A DNA stretch of 64,000 nt from positions 16,486 to 80,485 of the IMG/VR virus record IMGVR_UViG_3300048588_001019; one strand, given 5' to 3'. Below the pieces are notes generated by a model. That model was not told the origin of the DNA. It did not search any database and was given only the letters and a program-made list of their open reading frames with translations. This DNA is from a virus. Shown here piece by piece: positions 57,899 to 64,000 of the stretch. The translations under genes and the position numbers were made by a program. Numbering within the stretch: position 1 is the stretch's first letter; every line of letters starts with the position of its first letter.

Positions 57899-60800
57899 TG
57901 AAAGGCTCCGCGGGGTAAACTCTGCGCTAAAGGAAATGAAGCGGACCGCATCTGAAATGCGTGTGCTGGAGCGGACAAGAGATGACATCGCCGGGCTGAC
58001 CGGGAAGCTCGAAGTCCAGAAAAAAGCCCTTTCAGATGTTCAGGTGGAGCTTGAGCAGCAGAAGGGAGCCTATGCCGTACTTGATCCGAGGATTGACTTG
58101 GCTCGCGAAAAAGTGAAACAGGCAACCGAGGCTTATGCACGGCACCGCGAGGAACTCGGCAGGGAGCGGGCCGCGATTGAAGCTTTGCGGCGTCCCACAG
58201 AGGAGCAGATTGCGAGGCTTGAAAGGCTTGGAAATGCCCTGAAGGAGGCCAGGGATGCGAAAGTATCCGCTGACCGCATGCTTCGCGGTGCCGAGGGAAC
58301 GCTCAAAGGCAAACAGCAGTTTCTAGCCGTTACGCATTCGAGAATTGGAACCCTTAAGGCGGCCCGCAGTGCAGCAATCGAAGGAGGTGCTCCGGACGCG
58401 GAAATCCAACGGATCACCCAGGCACTGGAGAAGGAAAGGCTCAAGGCCCAGGAGCTTTCCGATGCCATGCACATTTATGAAGCTGAAGTCCAGAGAGCCA
58501 CAGCTGCGTCTGCTGACGCTAGTGTCAGGCTTGATGAAATGAATCGTCAGCTCTCAGAGCAGAAAAAGCTCATGTCAGGCATGCCTACTGCAGAGGAAAC
58601 GGCCCGCCTTCAGGCTTTGGAGAAACAGGTTCAAGATTCCGGAAAGGCCATGTCTGAGGCCAAAAAGGAGGAAAAGGACGCCACCGACGCCCATCGTGCA
58701 CATGCCAAAGCCGCCTCCCAAGCCGGGGAAAGTCTGGAGCAGCTTGAAAAGAAGGAGCGCGACCATGCGGCATCCGTGGCAGGGACTGAGCATCAAATTG
58801 AAAAGGCGAGGGAGGCATCCGATCGCTACTCTTCATCCCTTCAAAAGCAGGGGCACAATGTCGAGGATCTGACCGAGGCTCAAAGACGGCATAATCAGTC
58901 GATTGAGCGTCAGCAGTATCTGGCCCGTCGCCAGGAGGAACTGAATCAGCTTCGTGATCGCGCCCAGGATCTAAGGTCACAGGCCATGAGTCATCTTTAT
59001 TTCACGCTTGGAAGTGGCTATCTCTTTACCACTCCGCTCAGGCATGCCCTCGAATTTGAAAAGGCGATGGTCAGGGTCAAGGCCATGTCGGGTGCAAATT
59101 CTGAGGAATACAGGCGCCTCAAGGATGAAGCGAGGAGGCTTGGCTCGGAGACCATATTTTCCGCCAGGGAGGTGGCTGAAGCCTATAACGAGCTGGCCAC
59201 CGCGGGTTATCGCACAAATGATATGATCGCGATCATGCCCAGCATGCTGGCCCTTTCGGAAAGCTCGATGACCTCCCTGGCTCGCACGGCTGAGATCACA
59301 AGCGAGGTGCTGCAGGGCTTTCGGATTGACGTTTCGGAGATGGCCAGGGTTGGTGATGCCCTGACGGCCGCATACTCTTCATCGGCATCCAGCCTTGAAT
59401 CACTCGGGGAAATGCTGAAATACGCTGCGGCGCCGGCCGTGGATGTAGGCTCATCCCTTGAGCAGACCCTCGCCGCTTCATCCATTCTTCATAATACCGG
59501 CATCAAAGGGTCCATGGCAGGAACGAGCATGCGGGCTATATTCCTTCGCATGGCCAAGCCTCCCAAGGAGCTGAAAAAGATTCTTGATGACATGGATATT
59601 AGCACCGTGGACAAGGACAACAATGTCAGAAACTGGATGGATGTTCTTTCGGATATCAATCTGAGGCTCAAGGGTGCCGGCAGCGCGAAACGGGCCGGCT
59701 TCTCCAAGGCCCTTGGCGGCGAGGATCACGCACCGGCCGCCTCGAATCTTCTGGCTGCCGTCGACAGTGGTGCGCTTCGATTCATGGAGAAAACGCTCAG
59801 GCTCGCCAGCCCATTCAACCTTATGGCCAAAAGGCTTCTTTCCATGCCAGATCAGGATCTGAAAATGGCTTCTGACAGTCTAGGAGTCAAACTCACCAAG
59901 GCCATGAGCGGAGGCGGAATGGCTCTGGCTTTCGCTGAGTCCCTCAAAGGTCTCAAAGGCAAGGCATTTGAGCAGCGGATGCAGGCCATTTTCAGCGAGC
60001 TGAAGCTGACGCCGAAGCTGGAGGATATCAGGCCCGATGAGTTTATGGGCACCGGAAAACACATCGATGACGCTTTAAAGATCCTTCAAATCAGCCGCAA
60101 GAAACCTCTTGGGGGAACGAAGACCAGCGAGGAACTGACATCTGAGATCAAAACACGCATTCAGATGCTGCCCAAGTCCGAGCAGCTGAAATTCATCGAA
60201 ATATTTTTCTCACGCACGCGAAGCGGGGCAAAAGAGCTTTTCACCGAGTTTCAAAAGGGCGGAAAGAATGCGGACCAGCTACTGAAGGGACTTGATGAAG
60301 TGCTTAACATGGAAAAGGCAAAGAAGGGGCTTAGTGAATCGACCATCAATGATCTTAAAAAGCTGGAAAGTGCCTGGGATGACATCAAAATCTCGCTCGG
60401 AAACTCCCTGATACCCATGCTTAAGGACCTTCTTGTCTCAATTCAGCCCATCGTCGATGGCCTGGGCAAATGGCTGAGGGAGAACCAGACGATGGCCAAA
60501 AACATCATGCTCGGCGTCGGATCTCTCTTCGCATTCAGCGCGGCGATGGCCGCAGCGAAATTTGCGCTTTCAGGCTTTGTTGACCTTTGGCGCGTGGGGA
60601 AATGGGGCTCAGGACTTTTCGAGTCTGGCACCCGCGGCCGCAGAGGTCTTGGATTGCTGCGAACAGGCCTTGGCATTGGTAAAAATTTTCTTGTGGGAGG
60701 GCTCGTCAAATCAGGCTCCCTTGCACGCTCATCGCTTGGTTTGATTATAAACGTCGCCCGCGCAGCAGGTGCCGCTCTCCTCGCGATCGGGCCTGCGGGC

Positions 60801-61400
60801 TGGGCTGTGGCCGCAGCCGTTGTAGCTGTCGCAGCAGCCGGGATTTATCTCTGGCGAAACTGGGATGAGATCGGACCGAAATTGAAAAAAACCTGGGCCG
60901 GAATCAAAGTGTGGTTTCAGAATCTTTGGGGATCGATTGCCAATACCGCGGGCGCCTTCTGGGGCTGGATTCTCGAAAGAATCGGCATGGATCCTCTGAT
61001 CTGGGTAAAGGAAAAGTGGGAGCGTTTCCTGCAGTTTTTCAAGGGGATTTACGAACGAATCAGGCCCTATATCTCAGGGATTTTCCCATGGGTGCAGAAT
61101 GCCGGATCCGATATCAAAGGCTTTTTATCAGATGCCGCTTCCACAGGGAAGGATGTGATTGGAGGCATGTTTGATTTTTCCGGATTCAAATACGTGGCGC
61201 CACCATCCGAGGCGATTGAGAAGGCTGTGGAAAGGGCAACAGTCACGCATCGCAATGTGATCACGGTAAACGCCACGATTCATGTGGAGGCAGGACCAGC
61301 AGCACCGCTGCAGGTGGCCAGCCGAATCAAAGGTGAAATCCAGTCTGCATTCCGAAGCGTTCCCTCCTTTTCATTTCTTGATCCGGTTGTGGTGAGCTGA
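57759..61400 (+). CDS. Tail tape measure protein (probable start 57825)
   Basis: Long helical ORF with TP901-type core (FEKAM..V.A, T.FSA.EVA, GIKGSMAGT). Confidence 0.95.
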   Translation: MRNGSGRWMIRKTIRMRERWRYMSRQVSVLIRAVLDSAFKSTFQTADERLRGVNSALKEMKRTASEMRVLERTRDDIAGLTGKLEVQKKALSDVQVELEQQKGAYAVLDPRIDLAREKVKQATEAYARHREELGRERAAIEALRRPTEEQIARLERLGNALKEARDAKVSADRMLRGAEGTLKGKQQFLAVTHSRIGTLKAARSAAIEGGAPDAEIQRITQALEKERLKAQELSDAMHIYEAEVQRATAASADASVRLDEMNRQLSEQKKLMSGMPTAEETARLQALEKQVQDSGKAMSEAKKEEKDATDAHRAHAKAASQAGESLEQLEKKERDHAASVAGTEHQIEKAREASDRYSSSLQKQGHNVEDLTEAQRRHNQSIERQQYLARRQEELNQLRDRAQDLRSQAMSHLYFTLGSGYLFTTPLRHALEFEKAMVRVKAMSGANSEEYRRLKDEARRLGSETIFSAREVAEAYNELATAGYRTNDMIAIMPSMLALSESSMTSLARTAEITSEVLQGFRIDVSEMARVGDALTAAYSSSASSLESLGEMLKYAAAPAVDVGSSLEQTLAASSILHNTGIKGSMAGTSMRAIFLRMAKPPKELKKILDDMDISTVDKDNNVRNWMDVLSDINLRLKGAGSAKRAGFSKALGGEDHAPAASNLLAAVDSGALRFMEKTLRLASPFNLMAKRLLSMPDQDLKMASDSLGVKLTKAMSGGGMALAFAESLKGLKGKAFEQRMQAIFSELKLTPKLEDIRPDEFMGTGKHIDDALKILQISRKKPLGGTKTSEELTSEIKTRIQMLPKSEQLKFIEIFFSRTRSGAKELFTEFQKGGKNADQLLKGLDEVLNMEKAKKGLSESTINDLKKLESAWDDIKISLGNSLIPMLKDLLVSIQPIVDGLGKWLRENQTMAKNIMLGVGSLFAFSAAMAAAKFALSGFVDLWRVGKWGSGLFESGTRGRRGLGLLRTGLGIGKNFLVGGLVKSGSLARSSLGLIINVARAAGAALLAIGPAGWAVAAAVVAVAAAGIYLWRNWDEIGPKLKKTWAGIKVWFQNLWGSIANTAGAFWGWILERIGMDPLIWVKEKWERFLQFFKGIYERIRPYISGIFPWVQNAGSDIKGFLSDAASTGKDVIGGMFDFSGFKYVAPPSEAIEKAVERATVTHRNVITVNATIHVEAGPAAPLQVASRIKGEIQSAFRSVPSFSFLDPVVVS

Positions 61401-61403
61401 AAG

Positions 61404-61844
61404 ATGGCATTTGATCCCATTCCGCTTTTCAAAAAAGAGGTTTTTGCAAGGCTCGGGGATTTCAGTTTCGAGCTTCTGACGCTTTCCCCGGAGAAAGTCG
61501 AGCGTGAAACAGGCTATAGGTGGGTGAAGCTGGAGCCGATCGGCGCGCCTGCCATTCACCAGTACATCGGGCCCATGGGAAAAATTGCGGCACCTTCCGA
61601 GGATAAACTGATCATTGCCGGTGTTCTGCACCCGGAGTTTTCGGGGCGGATTGATCACTTGAAAAAGCTGCGGGACATGGCTGCTACGGGAAAGCCACAG
61701 CGGCTCATCTATGCCGACACCCAAATCGGGCAGAACATGGGCCTATGGATCGTTCAGAAGATCAAGGAATCACGCTCGATCTTTTATGGCGACGGCATTC
61801 CACGACGCATTGAATTCAGCCTGGAGCTTGATTTTTATGGCTGA
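61404..61844 (+). CDS. Tail protein U (P2 gpU-like)
   Basis: LGDFSF...YRW...QYIGP...G.W...PRRIEFSLEL. Confidence 0.92.
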   Translation: MAFDPIPLFKKEVFARLGDFSFELLTLSPEKVERETGYRWVKLEPIGAPAIHQYIGPMGKIAAPSEDKLIIAGVLHPEFSGRIDHLKKLRDMAATGKPQRLIYADTQIGQNMGLWIVQKIKESRSIFYGDGIPRRIEFSLELDFYG

Positions 61845-62064
61845 ATGGCAGCTCAGGGATGGCGACGAACTCGACCGCATTTGCTGGAAGCATTATGGAG
61901 ATCTTCCCGGCGCACTCGAAGCTGTACTGAGAGCCAACTGGGAAAGGCTTCATCTTTTCGATGATCTTGGAACGGTGAAGGAATTGTCAAAAGTGGCATT
62001 CATCATCCTTCCCGATTTGAAACGACCAACCAATATTTCAAACAGCATAAGGCTATTCGAATGA
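61837..62064 (+). CDS. Tail protein X
   Basis: GDELDRICWKHYG....EAVL.AN...I.LPD. Confidence 0.9.
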   Translation: MAEWQLRDGDELDRICWKHYGDLPGALEAVLRANWERLHLFDDLGTVKELSKVAFIILPDLKRPTNISNSIRLFE

Positions 62065-63083
62065 TCCCAAACTTCCGTATCGAAACCAATGGCAAGGATC
62101 TGACCGAGGCGATCCGCTCGCGGCTTTTAAGGCTGACGGTCAAGGACGAGGCTGCCTGGAAATCCGATGCAATGACCCTGGAGCTGATCGACGATGGCAT
62201 CGAATGGCCAAAGGCCGGCCAGGAATTTTCCATAGCACTTGGCTATGACAATGTCCTAACCAGCGTCGGGCGCTTTGCCACAAAGCATGTCGGAGTAACA
62301 ATGGACGGAAAGCGTGTCCTCAAGATCGAGGCCGCGGCCATGGAGCAAAGCTCATCCCTTAAGAGTCAGCGGGAGCAGTCCTGGGACGGGACCACGCTTG
62401 GCGCCTTCGCGGAGGAAATCGCACGAAGAAATGGGCTCAAACCGGCTATCTTTGATGAGCTGAAATCCATTGTGATTGAACACGAGGACCAGACCGAGTC
62501 AGATCTGGCCTTTCTTTGCCGGCTTGGACGACGTCATGACCTTACGATCAAGGTCAGCGGCCGCTATTTGATGCTGACTCCTGCTGATAAAAGCGGAGCT
62601 GATCCGGATGGCACCATCCCCGTCATCCGCATCGAAAAGCCAATCCGATTTGAATACTCAGGTGACCAAACGAGCCGCTATACCGGGGTCCGTGCCTTCT
62701 GGTACGACAATGACGCCGGGGAGAAGCGTCATGTCATGTACGGCAAAGAAGGAGTTGTGCTTGAACTTGAGTACAACAAGATCACGGAAGCAGGCGCGCG
62801 CAAGGCAGCTGAGACAAAATTCCGTGAAGTGGTACGCAAAGGGAAGACCCTCACACTCACAGTCCCCGGCAACGTGCAGCTGGCTGCCGAACGGAAAATT
62901 GATGTCCAAGGCTTCGGGGCCGGCATTGATGGGGAATGGGTGATCAAGTCGGTGGAGCATGCGATCGATGGGTCGGGTTGGGTGACTGGAATTGAGTGCA
63001 GTGTCGATGGGTACAAAGAGGCTCATGAAACTAATGAAGAATATGACAATGGTAATTCGGAATCATTATTCAACAGGGAATGA
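62061..63083 (+). CDS. Late control/baseplate hub protein D
   Basis: P.FRI...G.DLT, DQTESDLAFL.RL, GVRA.W, IDGEW.I..V.H. Confidence 0.93.
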   Translation: MIPNFRIETNGKDLTEAIRSRLLRLTVKDEAAWKSDAMTLELIDDGIEWPKAGQEFSIALGYDNVLTSVGRFATKHVGVTMDGKRVLKIEAAAMEQSSSLKSQREQSWDGTTLGAFAEEIARRNGLKPAIFDELKSIVIEHEDQTESDLAFLCRLGRRHDLTIKVSGRYLMLTPADKSGADPDGTIPVIRIEKPIRFEYSGDQTSRYTGVRAFWYDNDAGEKRHVMYGKEGVVLELEYNKITEAGARKAAETKFREVVRKGKTLTLTVPGNVQLAAERKIDVQGFGAGIDGEWVIKSVEHAIDGSGWVTGIECSVDGYKEAHETNEEYDNGNSESLFNRE

Positions 63084-63113
63084 ACCATCATTGGATGTGG
63101 AGATTGTAACAGA

Positions 63114-63368
63114 ATGGTAGTCAAAAAAAATCTCAAGCGGATGTCTTCCCACAAAGCAAAGTTAAATGTATCCTCTGGGAACTTTGCAAAAGATGAGCTC
63201 TTTGAAAATTGGATAACGAAAAAACTGCTCGCCTCGCATATCGGAATGTCCATTAGTTTCGTGAATAAATACATGAAGGAAGGACTGCCGTATAGGCGGC
63301 GAGGCCGTTCAGTGAGATTTCGAGTGTTTGAAGTTGAAGATTGGCTTCAACGGAGATTCACTCAATGA
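63114..63368 (+). CDS. Excisionase-like HTH protein
   Basis: WITKKLLA..IGMS...V......GLP..R.GRSVRF...EV..WL; overlaps the integrase start. Confidence 0.8.
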   Translation: MVVKKNLKRMSSHKAKLNVSSGNFAKDELFENWITKKLLASHIGMSISFVNKYMKEGLPYRRRGRSVRFRVFEVEDWLQRRFTQ

Positions 63369-64000
63369 AAAAATTTAATCCGAAAGTTTTTCAAGATAAA
63401 GATCGTGTTTATCCTCCTGTTGCTGGGGCACCAAATATCAGAAAAATCTATATTTGGGACGAAGCCAGGAAGGAGTATAGACCGCCATCTAGGGGTAAGA
63501 TCTATGTCGCTCGTCGATATGAGATCAATGCAGGCGGCAAAAAAAAGAGAATGTCGGGGTACTTTGAGAGTCTCGAAGATGCTCGTAATTGGCAATCTTT
63601 TATAGATAATTCTGCATCCCAATCACAGCCAAATGTTTCCTCACCAATGCTCAAAAGCTGTCCTACATTCCAACAGATTATGCTTGAGTGGAGGGTGCGA
63701 AAATTCCCAACTTTACGGAAAGCTACCAGGATACAATACCAAGCTCTGTCAGATAGGCATTTCCAGATGTTGTCTGAATTCCCGATCAACGCGATTACTT
63801 CGAAGGACATTGATGCATGGCTGGCAGATAGGAAAGCGAATTTGGGCGATCATCCACAAGCCAAGAGGCGCCTGAGCTTTGACCGAGAACTGATGATTCT
63901 CAGCCTCATACTGGAATATTACGGAGAATATTATGAAGAAGATACTAGCTTCCGACTTCCAGTTAAAAAGCGACATTGGAGAGATTCGAAGCTGAATGTT
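63365..64000 (+). CDS. Tyrosine integrase, N-terminal part (runs off window; absent from the ORF track)
   Basis: Open frame from ATG 63365 to the window end: MKKFNPKVFQ...FESLEDARNW...PTFQQIMLEW...ATRIQY...PINAITSKDIDAWL, typical arm- and core-binding regions; catalytic domain not visible. Confidence 0.8.
   Translation, partial: MKKFNPKVFQDKDRVYPPVAGAPNIRKIYIWDEARKEYRPPSRGKIYVARRYEINAGGKKKRMSGYFESLEDARNWQSFIDNSASQSQPNVSSPMLKSCPTFQQIMLEWRVRKFPTLRKATRIQYQALSDRHFQMLSEFPINAITSKDIDAWLADRKANLGDHPQAKRRLSFDRELMILSLILEYYGEYYEEDTSFRLPVKKRHWRDSKLNV

Larger units (their letters stand above)
43784..64000 (+). mobile_element. Prophage morphogenesis + integration module (lambda-like head, P2-like contractile tail); element extends beyond these limits
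   Basis: Contiguous co-oriented terminase-portal-capsid-baseplate-sheath-tube-TMP-U/X/D-xis-int genes. Confidence 0.95.

Noticed and set aside
43843-63026. Numerous 60-285-aa antisense or overlapping ORFs in the structural operon
   Set aside because: Shadow frames of GC-rich phage genes, with no motifs or RBS support.
51917-63083. Tail cluster as a tailocin/eCIS
   Set aside because: It is contiguous with intact terminase, portal and capsid genes, so it belongs to a head-containing phage.

Overview
The window has two parts. Bases ~43.8-64 kb hold a GC-richer, apparently intact prophage morphogenesis operon: a lambda-like cos/terminase/portal/S49 protease/gpD/gpE head joined to a P2-like contractile tail, followed by an excisionase-like gene and a tyrosine integrase that runs off the right edge. 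Bases ~0-43.7 kb are an AT-richer accessory region. It contains a four-gene secreted/lipoprotein polymorphic-toxin operon (PT-TG + REase toxin + immunity), surface lipoproteins, a membrane lipase, defence-type genes (HsdR_N-like + ParB/DGxQR, McrBC, C5 methylase + BrxA-like, AbiTii-like, DUF3800, MqsRA-like TA), an IS-interrupted teneurin-like Rhs lipoprotein, three membrane class III nucleotide cyclases and IS3-family elements. The most striking hidden structure is that this cargo is interleaved with diverged direct repeats of short phage-scaffold fragments, including a second copy of the cos region 21.6 kb upstream of the first, and six same-orientation copies of a 16-bp motif GTAAAGRAWTCTTAAC at module junctions. 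The tail module is also odd: the sheath gene is split by an in-frame TGA, there is no canonical tail-fibre or lysis gene, and a signal-peptide-bearing collagen protein sits between sheath and tube. Protein styles suggest a Bdellovibrionota/Oligoflexia-like host (inference only). All family assignments come from motif recognition by eye, not from database searches.
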